64,000 nt of DNA from Lama glama (Eukaryota): positions 108,378,001 to 108,442,000 of the forward strand of contig CM052817.1 in NCBI GenBank assembly GCA_028534125.1. The letters are read 5' to 3'. This document shows, piece after piece, positions 1 to 14,500 of this stretch. Each line of letters starts with the position of its first letter. Position 1 is the stretch's first letter. The notes beneath the pieces were generated by a model. That model was not told the DNA's origin and made no database searches. It worked only from the letters and a program-made list of their open reading frames with translations. Both the position numbers and the translations under genes were made by a program.

Positions 1-195
1 ATTTTTTTAATTAAAGTATAGTTGATTTACAATGTTGTTAGTTTCTGGAGTACAGCAAAGCGATTCAGTTATACATATATACATATATAAAATCTATTCT
101 TTTTCATATTGTTTTCCATTGTAAGTTATTGTAAGATATTGAATATAGTTCCCTGTGCTATACAGTAGGCCCTGTATCTTTTATATATACTTTTT
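1..195 (-). mobile_element. L1 3' end fragment
   Basis: gtatagttgatttacaatgttg...ccctgtgctatacagtagg, a typical reverse L1 3'UTR. Confidence 0.85.
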
Positions 196-3100
196 TATAT
201 GGTTTATAATAATTTTGAAATGATCACCATAGCATTTGAGCCTTCCTAAACCACATATTAAAGGCAAGATCTTCTTCTCATCTAATAGAATGAGGCACGT
301 AGCCCTCGACACGAGAGGCCCCAGGAGTGAGCCGGCATACTGAATCCGGGGCCAGGCCACCTAGGGCTGAATCCTGGTTGGGCACTGGCCAGCAGTGCGG
401 CCCGGACACCTCGCCCCTGTGCCTCTTTTTGTCAAAAGGTAACTCTTTTGTCAACAGGGCTAATAATCCTGGGAAACCACACTTTCATCAAGCCCTGCTT
501 TCAGAATTAAATTAGGTCATATATGCAGAGAGCTCAGAACAGCACCTCCTACTTCTTATCACACACAGATCAACGCACAGTAACCCAGCTTGTGTCACGG
601 GCGGAGGAAGAGCGATCACTTCCAAACGTCATAAGACAGCTCGTCAGAAGAAAAAAAAAAAGTGATTCCAAGCCACTTGAGAGTTACCAATATGCAGTTT
701 GAGACACAAATGTATAGAATATCCTGGTTTCTTACTTGTAGATCTACCGGAAATTCATGCACCTTCTTTTCCAAATCCACACTCTCATCCTACCGCTCCC
801 TTGAAATTGATAGTCCTGAGCTGGGAAAAGGGTCTGTTTTCCTCGCTACTACAAACCCAAACTCAAAAACAAGATCTTAAGTAAAGAGAAGCCAGAGCAG
901 AAATTGGAAACTGAAACAAGCAATTTAAGCTTCAAAGCCCTTTAGGGTAAATCACTCCAAGGAACCATACAGAATCTGTGGATAAAGAGGCTTTGGGGAC
1001 TGTAGGGGACCCTAAAGAACTGAGCGACACTCTGCAAGCGCACTGCCACCAAGGAGCCTGATTCTGCTCCAAGCACTCTGCGGATTCTGCCTGCAGCGTG
1101 CCTTAGGTGTACAGTTATCTGTAATGAGACACAAGAAGGTCATTTCTTTCGGACTGCATCTTCATTCAAGCATCCGTCGCCATGTGTCTGAAGAACGGTA
1201 TGTGTCCTAGATGCGAACGCAGCACGAGGTCAGAGGAAACGAACAGGAGTATGGTTCTTGGGGTGACTTGCCTCCCTGCTCGGGGATGCGTGGCCTCTGG
1301 ACCGGGAAAGACCCGCCTTTTTTTGTCTCAATCAATCATCAGCTGGAAACCAGTGTAAATTCTGATTGGCCGAGCTGGAACCCAGGGACAAAGGAACACT
1401 GCTCCCCATACCGAGCCCCCCATGCCCATCCACCTGCTCCAAGAACCGGCGACGGCTTCACTGCCCGGGGGATGGTTCCAGCAGATCCCACCACGTGTGC
1501 AGCCCCTCGGGAGGAACAAGGTCCCCTGTGGTTTAGCCCCCACTGAAGTAGGCACTCCCATCCCGAAGATGCCGGAGCCTCAGAAATAATCAAAGCTGAG
1601 CTCCTGCCCCGCCCCCAGCCGGGCCTTCCTCGGGCAGGGCTGCGCAGGGGGGCGGGGCACAGCGACGCTCACAGCGTCTTCGTGGGTTTCTCCAAATCCC
1701 CTGCTCCGGAAGCTCTCATTTCAGTCACCATCACCTTGGAACGGCCGTGGCGTCCCCCAGCTGACAACTCCCATGCCAACCCCCAGCCCCAGGCATCATC
1801 CTTCCGCGCAGGCTGTGGGGTCCTGCCCCTCCCAGGCCTTTGGGGAAACTTCATCCAGCACCTCCTCTGCCTCCCGTGACCCACATCTGCGTCTCAGGCA
1901 AGACTCAAGTTCTCTTTCCGGGACCCAGGTCCCAGCCACCATGAGCCCCTGGGACAGGGGACACATGTTACACTGCCCCTCCCCACCTGGGGGGGAGTAT
2001 GAATAAACTCCCTCACCTCCCGTCTCAGCACCTTCGCCCTGGGAGGCCACCGGGCCGTGGGGCCCTGGGGGTGACAAGGCCGTGACCCGCTTCAGAGGTG
2101 CGGACCCAGCTCTGGTCCACGTGGATGTGTGTTCCTGGCCTTCGCGGCCGCTGCCAAAACAGGCAGAAAGAATCCTACCTCAAATTCCTGATAGACTAAG
2201 CTAACTTTTAACTGCCCTCAGTGGTCATTTCTAACAGAAAACGTATGTAAATTATAGAATTACTTACATAGTAATTATGTAAGTCAACATTAATATTTAC
2301 TCAAAGTTAAATATAAAGAATAAAAATAGTCCTTAATACCAAATAATCAATTATCATTTCTATATTTTGGATTCTGGCAGGATATAATTTGAGGATAAAA
2401 GGCTTTCAAATACACAAGGTTGACCTTGAACTCGTATAAGCAGATATTATTAATATATGAATAAGCTAGGCAGATTTTTTCAAGTAGAAATTGAAGAATT
2501 TTCACATAAGCTAAGATTCAATCCTTATGAACATTATCAGAATATTAATAACTTGGATTTTTAATTAAATACAAATTCTTTGTCATAATTAACAACTGAA
2601 TCAGCATTGATCATTTCTACATAAAGAACTAAAAAAAAAACATTCCCAAAACTGTTTGAAAAACTATTCCCCAAACTGTTTTTATTTCTGATACGAAGCA
2701 TTTAGAATAACACATGAAAGATAGCAGCAGTTCATGCCTTACAAATTCTGTTCCTTCCCCTGCAAGGTGGCTGCAAACATTTTATCTGCTATCCACAAGG
2801 AAGTCTGAGTCTTAATATTCCTGTCCAAGTATGTTTTCCTGTAAAATGTCACACACTTTTGAAAGGTAATTTGTGCAATACTGCTTAGAAATAGGCCCCC
2901 CAAAGCAGACAAGGATCTGGAAAGACAACCTCTGAAGGTCTATGAATGAATCCTCTGGAACCCAGGGAGACAGAATGATGAGCCAGACCCAGTTGCCTCC
3001 TGTGCGGTGCAGGGGCCCCGGTCCTTTACAACCTACACACGTTTACAGGTCCTGTGCCTGATACGGTGGAACGTGAGAGAAACGCAGCTGACGGTGCGTT

Positions 3101-6100
3101 ACCAGAAGATGTTGATTCTCACGCCTTTGGAAGATATTTTGCTTTGAATCTGTGTCCCAGGACAGAATAAACGGCAAGGTTAGTGATGCACATCTTAGAT
3201 GCTCAATAAACAGTGACTGAATGAAGTAAATGATTTATTTAAAAAAAATTAAAGAAACAGTAAGTCAGTTAAGAATCATAAAGAGATCATTTTCTATTTG
3301 CTCCAAGTTGGAAACCTCCCTAAGGCTAGTGAAATCCAGCGCATTTATAATATATTATAATATTATACCTATAATATTATAAATGCACTGAAAATATGAA
3401 CAACTGTACCTTCTATTTAGATCTAACTATAGGACTACTTCCATTCCATTGATACTTCAGAGCTGACCTTATCTACCTAATTTTGATGCACAGTCATTCT
3501 GGGAATAACTAACAAGAGTTTGTCTTTATCATGAATATTTTAATTGCAGCTTCAAGTGTCAACGTTGCCTTTTTCACATGATTCGTACTCCAGCCGACTG
3601 TGTCTGCCTCAGTCCTACTAAAGCTCTAGTTCCCCCACCTAAGTGACACAGTATTATTTTAGTCTCAAAACTTTTGAATCCTCTGAATCAGAAAAGCACA
3701 TCCAAACTTACAAAGATGAATGTCATTTTTGGTAACTACAAATAGTGAGTATGTCTGTACGTGTACTGTGGGGAACAGGTGTGCACGCACCTGCTGAGCA
3801 CACACCTAGGAACAGAGGACGGGGTCACAGAGTGTATGAGTTTTCAGTTTCAGTAGATACTACCAACTGGTTTACCAAACGTTGATGCCAAGTTGACCTT
3901 TCCCCGGCAGTGTAGGAGAACTGTGCTCACGTTCCCATTCACACTTGGTATTTCCCTTCTTTGTTTATTTTAGCCATTCTGGTGGCTGCCTGATAATTTT
4001 AATCTGTATTTCCTGGATGAGTAGTGAAGTTGATCATCTCACATATGCCTGTTGGCCTTCTGGCCACCATCACTTGCTCATATTCGACTAGGCTGTCTGC
4101 CTTCTTCTTAATGATTTCTACAGTTCTTCATATGTTCTCCAAAAAAGTCTTTGTTAGAGTGTGTGTCTGTGTGTATGTGTGAGTGTGTGTATGTGTATCT
4201 TTGGAAACATCACAAATGTCTACAAACAGTAGAATAGAAAAATAAAACACAGTGATTTCTCTGATGGAATCTTGTGTAACAGTGACAGTGACTGAACTAC
4301 TGCTGCTTTTAGCACCAGGGGTGAATCTTATAATGAGCAAAAGAGGCCAGTCATAACGGATATTTAGTGGATTTATATATGATGCAGAAACAGGCAAACA
4401 ATATACGGTATGGTAGTCTTTGAGAAGGCAGCGAGTAATTGGAAGATGAAATTAAGTGGCTTCTCAGGTTTCAGTAATAGTCTGTTTCCAGATCTGGGTG
4501 CTCGTCACATGGTACCAATGAACACTTTAGTTGCAGGCTTAAGATTAGTGCCCTTTTCTGTGTGCAAAGTGTACTTCAAAAATGTTTAAAAACAATACAC
4601 ACAAAAAAAACTTTGTGTTTAATTATGTGTGAACACACTTACATAGACAGACACAAATGTTTGCACACATACATAGGTGAAGAGAGATTGCACAAAGCAA
4701 CCAAAAGACACTAGAATTATCAATTCATTAAATCTAAGTCTATTTCATACTTTATAAGAAAGAATAAATGCAGGTACGCAAATTTGTTACTGTCTTTAAA
4801 AGATAATTCACTTCTCTATCTCTGAACAACTGGTCTATTGCTTTTTATCTCTTAAAAGCAGAGCCAGAAAACCATGTGTTTTATACTTCATTTCCTTTGC
4901 AGAGAGGCCTGTGTAGATCTCACTGTCTGAGTACGTGCAGCAGGAAGAGGCAATAAATCACACACTGCCTCCTGACAAGAGTAACTCAGAATGAGTTCTT
5001 ATTTATAAAACTCCATTGGTAACTAACATCCAAATCGAATACCATTAATCAAAGTAATGGCTAGTTTTTATGGGGTGGGACCCACACCTAGGAACAAGAA
5101 GATTCTTTGTCTGTGTGCTCACAAAGTCATATTCTGTTATTTATAAAGAACTCTGATGAGTTTTAAGTCTCTGCAAAACCCTACAAGTAAACCTGATGGG
5201 TTGCTTAAAACTGATAAAGATATACAAAGATATGCCAAGATAAAGAAGGATGTGTTCTTACTGGTGAGGAATATAAAATATAAACATGGTGGCAGGAAAG
5301 TTCATGAAAAGACTTGGACCTGGAATCAGACAGCCTGAGTTGCCCTCCAGCTCCCAGCCAGTAGTGCGCCCTTGGACAAGCTGAAGCAAAGGGACCAGGA
5401 CGGAGGTCAGGGGTCTAGGGGAGTCACAGCCACGACAGACTCAAGGTACAATGACTAGAATCTAACGGGCACCTCAACAGTTGAGATGGGGAGAAATGGC
5501 CAGATGCAAGAGTCAATTCTGAGCAACCAAATGAGTGACTGAGGAGACGGTCCAGGTGAACGCACCTGAGAGAAGGAAGATGCGTCAGCACTTCCTCACG
5601 GAAGGCGGGTGCGGAGCTGGAAGGCAGATCTGGTGTGATGTATTAACTCTGAGGTCCAGCAGGAAGTGGAAAATAATCACCTAGAGCTCACAAGCGTAGT
5701 TACCCCTAGAGATAAAGATGTGTGTATAACCCCAGATACAAGGAGAAATCACTCAGGGGGGAATTGGTAAGTAAGAAGCTAGAAGGACCAAGCAGGAACA
5801 TCCAGCGACACCTAGGATATGAATATCTGAGAAAGGCCACAATTTCAGCACAGACAAAAAGGGAACAGCCAGGTAGGAGGCTCGTCCAGAGTAGGCAGAG
5901 ACGCAGACACAAAGCTGGAGGCAAAAGGGGGCCGGTGGGGCCCAACATTGTCTCAGGACACAGAAGATCATGACCAGTCCTTGTCAAGTAACATCAGGAC
6001 TCAAAAGAAATCTAGTGGATTTGCTTAAAAGGAATAAAGTAAGTATCTTTAACCAAAAGCAGAATGGTGGCAGGAGTCAGTATTATAGGAGAATGATTAA

Positions 6101-9100
6101 GCGGTAAGTATTGTGTCACTTGTCACTACAGTGACATATGACTTTGGTAACTCAAATCCAAGTAAAGAAAAGGAAAAAATAATGAAAGAGCCATCGTAGG
6201 CTGTTGGTTTAAGTAGGACACTGAACACATGGGAAAGAAAGTTGATGCAGTAGGAACATAAAAACGATGGGGTTTTTTTTGTTTGTTTGTTTTTTTCAGG
6301 CAGGCAACCCTACAGCGTATTTTTAAGCCCTTAGGAAAAAGAGCCAAAGAAGAGATGCTTGAATGCTGGGAGAGCAGAGTGTGGTGATGGAGGAGGGCTC
6401 AGAGTGGGTGGGGGACGGGATACAGGACTGAGCAAAGAATGTCCCTCTTTCTCAGAGCCTGATGATGCTGGCAGCTTGGGGAAAGGGGGGGTTCCTGCCC
6501 GGTGACTCCTGTTATTTTTTTCTTTTAAGTAAGAGTTCGTATTGATGCTGAGACTGGAAGGACCACGAGCCTCGTCAGGGAAGAAGAAAAATGGAGCCAC
6601 TGAGGACCAAGTAGAAGACTAAGGAACCCCAGCAAAGACCCAGCCAAGACTAGATCAGCACACAAAATAAACCAGTAAAGATTCCGAAAAACATTTGTAG
6701 AATTAAACCAAAAAATGTTACAGATGTTCCGGTCGAATAAATATAGACCTTCCAGATGATATGAAAGAGGGCTGCAGTACGACCTCCGGATCATCCTGTC
6801 AGTCTGGTCCATGGTGTAACTGACAGCTCAACATTGATTGAAGAATGACGCACGTCCGCTCAGTAAAGGTGAGCCTCTCCTGCCGGGTTGTTCTCAGGAG
6901 CGGGGTCCTAAGCTCCTCTGAATAATCATGAATTCCTACCACTGTTTTGTTACATGAGGACGAATCAAGGTCAGACGTTTCAAGTTCTCCAACGTAGTTT
7001 ATTAGTGATTTAATCAGTGTTTTGCTGTTATTCCAATCAGAGCTCTTAGAAGTACAATTTCATACTTACATCATTTCTCAGAGGAGCTATTTGTATGCAC
7101 ATATGTCTGAATAATGTGCTGCATGAATTCAAAGTGCAAATTTCCATTAAATGTCTAGGAGGAAAGGACCTCATTTATGAAGAGTTCTCTGCTCTCAGGA
7201 GCCCAGCAGTGATGTGCCTTTTTTAGGCAGAACCACAAGGTAAGTAGGGGACACTTCTGCAACCATACTCTATTCCTTACTGTACTACAGAAATTGTTCA
7301 CCTCTGAAAGAAAAAAAAGATAGGAAACAGGAATCTGTAAGCCAAACCCCCCAATTTGTGAAAAATCATGCAGCTAAGACCGTGGACGATCATCATTCCA
7401 CACATTATTCTTTTATTTGGGAGCACAATTACACACTCACATCTTGATAAGTCAAATCTGAAATCAGATTCCTTAGCAATTAACTTGCTTAATAAATAGA
7501 ATTTTGTGCCTTCTTTTTCCATTGGCCTGAATATAAAGGTACCAAAACGATCATAAATAAAATGTGACTGCATCATAATATATACAGCCGGAAGGAAGGA
7601 AGGAATGAAATTAGAATGACTGCTGAGATTAAACTTTTCCCCATACAAATGAGAAAAATGAGATCCAGATAAATTAAATAACTTTTTGAAAGTTGCAAAG
7701 CCCAACGGCCACAGTTCTGAAATACAGCAGTGCTACTGTATTAGAATAAATACTCCCAACATAAATAAATTCTCCTGTATTACAATGCCTTGTCCATCAT
7801 GACTAAGCAGACAGACCAAGGGAATTTTAAACAATACCTGTTTAGAGGTGACCTTGTTTAAAAGAGGTTGGAAGTGACCTCTAAACATGGTCCCACAGAG
7901 CCACTGACTCATCAAAAGATTAATTCATGATTTTTTTATATAACCAGTCACCTGTTTCATTCCATTTGATTTAGCAACCATAAACAGAGCTCAGATGCAA
8001 AGAAGTCTGAAATAGGCAGAATATGAAACTACATATATATGAAAATGTATATATGTGTATATGAAAGTTTGTGTGTATCTATATCATCTGCGTACTTCAA
8101 AATTCTTTGCAGAAGAGCTTCATTTATTCTTACTGAATGGAAGTGTAAATACTATAAAGAAAGCAGAGAGACAGCAAGAGAGATCATCTCATCTCAAGCA
8201 TTTATAATTTGAGAGTTAACCCAATATATATGTTTCAACTAGAAAATAAAAGACATCATAGAAAGAGTAGTAATATTAAATCTAATCAGTTGTCAAAATA
8301 TCCACTATGGACAAAAAGGATCATAAAGGACCAAGAAAAGGGATTGTAATTTTAGCTCTAGTCATAGGTTCATGAAATCTCGGGGATGAAAAGAACTCAT
8401 AAATTCTACAAGTTCCCAGTGATGCTCGATTTGGGTAATGTCCCTACCCAAGCTGTGCTCATCACTCTGCTGACAAAGAACCTCCCACGGAATTCCATTT
8501 TTTTTTCCTTTGGGTGCTGATATCCTAGCCTTCAAAGCTGAAATAGCTTCCTCTATGTTTCTCTCTTGGGTCTTGACTCTGTAACTTGAGGTCTTACAAA
8601 AGAAGTCTAGTTCATCTTACAGAAAAACTCAAGAGGTGACTACTCATCTATTCTTTAAAAAAAGAAAAACCCCACAGTACAATCCATTAAGCAACAGACT
8701 TTCATGTTCCTGCCAACCCCAATCACGATTCTCTGAACAAACTCCCACGTAATTCCAGCTCTCGTAAATGACGGCATCCAGAACTCAACATGGTGTTTCG
8801 GGGTATGAGATACCCACTGTGAAATGAACACTGTTTCCTCTTTAAACACTGCGCTTCCATCAGCGTCCAAGACCTTGATGTATTAAAGAGCCACAGCATG
8901 CTATTCATTTGAATTAATCTCATTCTCAATGGAAACTTCTAATCATTTAAGAAGTTCCTCATAAGGCAAGATGAGATGAGCTCTGAGGGACCAGTAAGAC
9001 CTGCAGAGGTTAGGCAGGAAGCTGTCATTCTAAACATAAACAGGCTTAAATCATAAACAAGGAGAGCTCAGCCTTTCTAAAATAAGACAGCGGTCTTACG

Positions 9101-10140
9101 TAAACCTCCGCGGGTACATTAAAGAGCCCCCTGAAAATGAGAGTGAAGAGCTGCACCAGATCCACTAGGCAATAAAAGGACCTTCTGGGTCTGGAACCTA
9201 ATTTTAAGACAATGAAAATGGAAACAATACGGAAAATGAGTAATAATGAGCAGAGAAAAAATAGGGCAAATAATTAGGAAACGATTGTAACAGGTACGTT
9301 GAAAATGATGGCAAGTGGCAGTGCAATGAACACGACAGACATAGGAGATTATTTTAAGAGAAAACAGGTTCCATTTACGTTCCACACCCGAGTGTCCAAA
9401 CTAATGAGGATGCCTATTTCAAAACCTGGGAAATTATTCGGGAAGAGAAGATCATTAATTCAACTGATTGCAAAATAACAGCACACCATTTAATTAGAAT
9501 TGTTCAATAGGTAGCAAGAAATACATAATCTAAACAATGAAAAATTTGACCTGGACCTGTTACGGTAATAATAATACAGGCGATTTTCCGTTGTATGTGT
9601 TGTATAGAGTATACATGTCCTTTTCCAGTCAGCCTTTCATCTCCCAGCCAAGGTCTCTGTCTTGAACATTTTCACTAGGAAGTAAAAAACTGGGACTAAA
9701 CTAAAATCAGTCCATTCTACTAATGAACAGTAGGTAAGAAAACCAGAATAGGAAGAAGATGGCTAACGTTACACTTAGATAACACATGACGGCTTTGATC
9801 ACTGATAGCAACCCTACCATTCTTACTACAAAGAACTGATGTGCACGAGGGCCACCATTAAATGGTACAATCTCTCTCCAAGGGAGTCAAAAAAATTTCT
9901 CATGCAGACATCAAACACATTTACACACACACAACCTTTTCAGGTTGTGAATAAACTAATATAAAGAAGTCATAGTGTTTCCCAGTATGCACACAGAACC
10001 AGAGTCAAAAGTTCTTATGTCCTGATTTTAAAGCTAGAATATTAACAATTTGGAGGAAAGATAATTAAGATGATAAAATAAATACATGCAAACCTGACCC
10101 CACACTAATAAAACTAAGAGCAGCCCCTCATAAAACATCT

Positions 10141-10915
10141 TCATAAATGCTGGAGGCTGTGGAGCCCCCCTGCACTGCTGGTGGGAATGCAGGTTGGTGC
10201 AGCCATTGTGGGAAACAGTAGGGAGATTCCTCAAAAGACTGGGAATAGACTTACCATATGACCCAGGAATCCCGCTCCTGGGCATATATCCAGAAGGAAC
10301 CCTACTTCAAAAAGCCACCTGCACCCCAGTGTTCACAGCAGCACTATTTACAATAGCCAAGACATGGAAACAGCCTAAATGCTCAATGACAGATGACTGG
10401 ATAAAGAAGAAGTGGTATATTTATACAATGGAATACTATTCAGCCATAAAAAGGACACCATAATGCGATTTGCAGCAACATGGATGTTCCTGGAGAATGT
10501 CATTCTAAGTGAAGTAAGCCAGAAAGAGAAAGGAAAATACCATATGATATCACTTATAAGTGGAATCTAAGGAGGAGGAAGAGAAGAAGACAAGTGAACT
10601 TAAATATAAAACAGAAACAGACTCAGACATAGAATACAAACTTGTGGTTCCCAGGAGGAGAGGAGTGGGAAGGGACATACTGGGAGTTTAAAATCTGTAG
10701 ATACTGACATGTATATATAGAATAGATAAACAGGTTTATACTGTATAGCACAGGGAAATATATACAAGATCTTGTAGTAGCTCATGGTGAAAAAGAACAT
10801 GACAATGAATATATGTATGTTCATGTACAACTGAAAACTTGTGCTCTACACTGGAAGTTGACACAACATTGTAAACTGACTATAACTCAATAAAATAAAA
10901 TTTTTTAAAAAAGAA
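10141..10915 (+). mobile_element. 5'-truncated L1 (ORF2 C-terminus, 3'UTR, A tail)
   Basis: Translates as [14 protein letters not shown]...[17 protein letters not shown]...[13 protein letters not shown]. Confidence 0.95.
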
Positions 10916-11237
10916 TCAATTAAGGGCTTGTGATTAAGCTTCTTTATACCTAGGATACAAGTCTGGGCAAAAATGGGAGAATGTAACTTGTAAGCATGTT
11001 AGTTACACATATTGTAAGCTATCAGATGCTTGACATTCAAACAGCCCTCAACAAATGGTAGAAGATTCCCTAATCCAGTGATGGTAAAAATGGCAGCATT
11101 GCCAACAGAGGTTAGAGACTGGCCAAATTTGATATTAAAAAGTGTTATTACGTCTGCTGTGAGCACAGAGAGAAATGACAAATAATGTTTTGGGTTTTGT
11201 TGAGATAGTTCCGTTTGGTTTTGGATTTTTTAATTCA

Positions 11238-11472
11238 ATCAATAAATTTGGGTGTTTGAGATTTGCAAATGTTAACCACTATATACAAAAACAGATAAAA
11301 CCCAAATTTCTTCTGTATAGCACAGGGAATAATATTCAATATCTTGTAATAATCTTTAATGAAAAAGAATATGAAAACACATATATATGTATGTGTACGC
11401 ATGACTGTGACATTGTGCTGCACACCAGAAACTGACACATTGTAATTGACTGCATTTCAATTATAAACAAAA
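11238..11472 (+). mobile_element. L1 3'UTR fragment
   Basis: Near-identical to the 3' end of the L1 at about 27820-28052. Confidence 0.88.
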
Positions 11473-13319
11473 AGAATTCTGAAAGTGTATTTTAGTATGT
11501 TCTGGATTCACATATAATAGACCTTAAAATATAAATCCATAAACCTATGTGCTCTCCTTATAAATCATGCAAAGCATTGACTGGATAATTTACATCTGTC
11601 ATCTCTCAGTCATTATTTCTTGAGACTAACAGTACCTTGACATATTTCTTCTGTTGGTTTAGGTCAGAAAAGATTTTCTGGCATTGAAAGAGACATTCAA
11701 AAGATCTGACACTTGTGAAATTTCAAGAAGTTCTACCACTGAACAATTTTAAATCCTTATTATTGGACCAAGATATATTTATTTCACATGGGAGAGCGTT
11801 CCAAGGCAATGCACCAGAAATAAAGGCTGATCTATTTAAATCTGGATGGAGAGAAAAATTTTAAAAGATGATTTTTCCATATCATTCTGTTATTGGCTAA
11901 TCATGAGGCTGTCGTCAAATACAATATATCAGAATCAGAGAATCTTAAAAAAAAAACTCACAAATTGAAATGGCCATAAATACCGCTATGTGGCCCAACC
12001 ACCTATTCTATGCTCAAACTTTCTGTAAAACATGCCTGCCAAGTAACCCCCATGTCGAGTGCTTGTAATCACTGTGAGCTGTGGCTTCAGTTCACAACCT
12101 CCCTTCCCCGGCAGAACTCTACTAGAAAGTTCTTCCTGAGTTGAAGCCAAAAATAGCCCTCTGCATGGTTTCTACTCATCAGTTCTGCTTTGAACTAGTG
12201 GTACCAAGTCTGCTTCCTCATCTACGTCACAGTTTTTCAAAAATATTGAAGATAATTTTCATACATCTCAGTTCCTTCAGCTCTTCCTAATGTGGCATTA
12301 TTTTAAGGACTTCAACTATTCTCTTGTTTTGAAACACCTTTGTTGTGGTATGGTTCCTGTACAGTAAACTACGCATATTTCAAATGAACAATTTGATTAA
12401 TTTGGATAGATGTCTACACCCATGAAACCACGACCACAAGCAAGACAGCTAACACTTCCATCTCTCCCCAAGAGGTGCAACTTTCGAATTCCCAGTTTAT
12501 CCCTTCCGATCCCCCTAAAAAAGGACACAAGTGAACTTACCTACAAAACAGAAACAGATTCACAGACGTAGAGAACAGACTTCTGGTGATCTCAATTATT
12601 CTTACTTCCCACCCCTGAAAGTACTGATCAGCACAGTACAGAAATCTCTGCAAATCTTGCTTTAAATAATAGAGTCCTTTGAGCAAAGTCCTATGCTTAA
12701 CACAGAATTAGTAACATGAAAACACCATTTTCTTTCTTAAGTAACTATATACAGAGAGTTACATACAACTCGGATGAAAATGCATAGTACATCATTACTC
12801 ATCTGTATCACACATGTATGTTATATATTGCATTATTCATTACATCATGACTGCTATGCTAATATTATTTTTCCAAATGTGCTCTGCCAAACTAGGTCTT
12901 CCCCACGCTACAGGTGCAGAAGCGATCTCTGAACCAAAGTGCAATTTATACTACAATTTTGTTAGATTCAGCTCATCACTTTGGCCATTAAAGATCCTAT
13001 TAGATCCTAATTCTGTCTCACATAGCTGCTGTATGTTCCAGTATCTCATTCTTTGCGATTTGAATGGTTTGTCTGTAGAGTCTTACTTCGGTCATGGATA
13101 AGATGTTGAACAGGCACACGATAAGGCTGAAATTGCACCAGGAAGCATCACCCAGGTTGAGGATGTTCGACTAATTACCCAGCTGTTAAATACCAAGTGT
13201 TCTCTTTATTGAAACTATGTCTAAATCCTGTCCACAGAGATCAGGTAAGTTACTTCCAAGCACCATAACAAAATACTGACATAACGACTTACAAGAGTCA
13301 CAGATCTTGAGGTTTGTAT

Positions 13320-14500
13320 TCACTCTTTAAACAAATTTTTATTGCATGTGTATTTTGTACCAGGCACCGTGTTGACCTCTGGTGACTAAGTCAATGAGAC
13401 ACTGCCCTCAAGAAGCTTACAATCTAGTGGGGAAAGCAGACAATCACAGTTGATTATGTGACCATATAGCTTTGTAAACAGGATAGGCAATTAGAGGACC
13501 AGGGAGGCACAGAGCGTGATTATCTAAACCAGACTGTCAGGATTAGGAAAGGTTTCCCAAAGGAGACAGCAAGGTTGGAATTTAAGTTGAGTCTGCGGTC
13601 ACGATGGAACAGTCAGATTAAAATGTGGGAAGTATGAGTGTGGTGTTCTTCAGAGAGATCTGGGCCAGACGTACAGATTCAGGAGTCGACAGTGAATAAG
13701 TGGCACGTACAGCTCTGGATCTGAGCAAGGCCACTGAGGCAGGAGTTAACCAACCAAAGAAGGAAACGTCCAGCATCTTGGTAAAGGGAAGGACACGGCA
13801 GAGCTGTGAGAGAGCAAGTGTGGATGAGACTTGAGTGAGGGCGTGGGCTGGGATGCAAAGACACCTCTGGAGGCATCAGAGGCCAGTTCAGCAAGAGTTT
13901 TGTGTGCGGATGCCAAGAAATCAGAATTTTATCCAGAAGGCTATGGAGTCCCCCAGAGGGCTCTAAGCATTGGAACGACTTTCGCAGACCGAAGAAAGCA
14001 CACTGCGGGGTGAGTGTGGCGTAGGAATTGGTGGAGGAAGACAAGGAGCTCGGCGACTCATAAGAAGCTCACCAGAAAGGTGGGGGGAGCGGGGAAAGCA
14101 GTGTCCACGTGGGAGGGAAGTGAGGGCCACACTCCAAAGATGGCGAAGGCTGAATGAAGACATCTCGGGGACAACTGGATTTGAGAAGCTAAGGTTGGAA
14201 GGGAAGGTCCAAGGGAATCCCTAAGATCTGAGTTTGGATGGCCAAGCAGGTGATGGTATCACGTTTGCTGCAAACGGAAACACTGTATTTGGAGAGGCGG
14301 GGAGGACTTTGGAACTCAGGTCTTATCATTTTAAATTAAGATCAAGACGGGATAACCAGCTAGAAACGTGGGGTACATGGGTAAGGAGTTCTACAGAGAA
14401 GACCGGGCTGGATGGAGAAACTCAGGCATTAACGCTGAAGAGACAAGAGTTACAGCCAGAGATGTGGGCAAAACCACTGAGGCAGAGTGTATAGGAAATC
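13320..14500 (-). mobile_element. L2 fragments
   Basis: Reverse L2 3' end (caaatttttattgcatgtgtattttgtaccaggcacc...gcttacaatctagtgggga) continuing into purine-rich L2 body. Confidence 0.7.
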
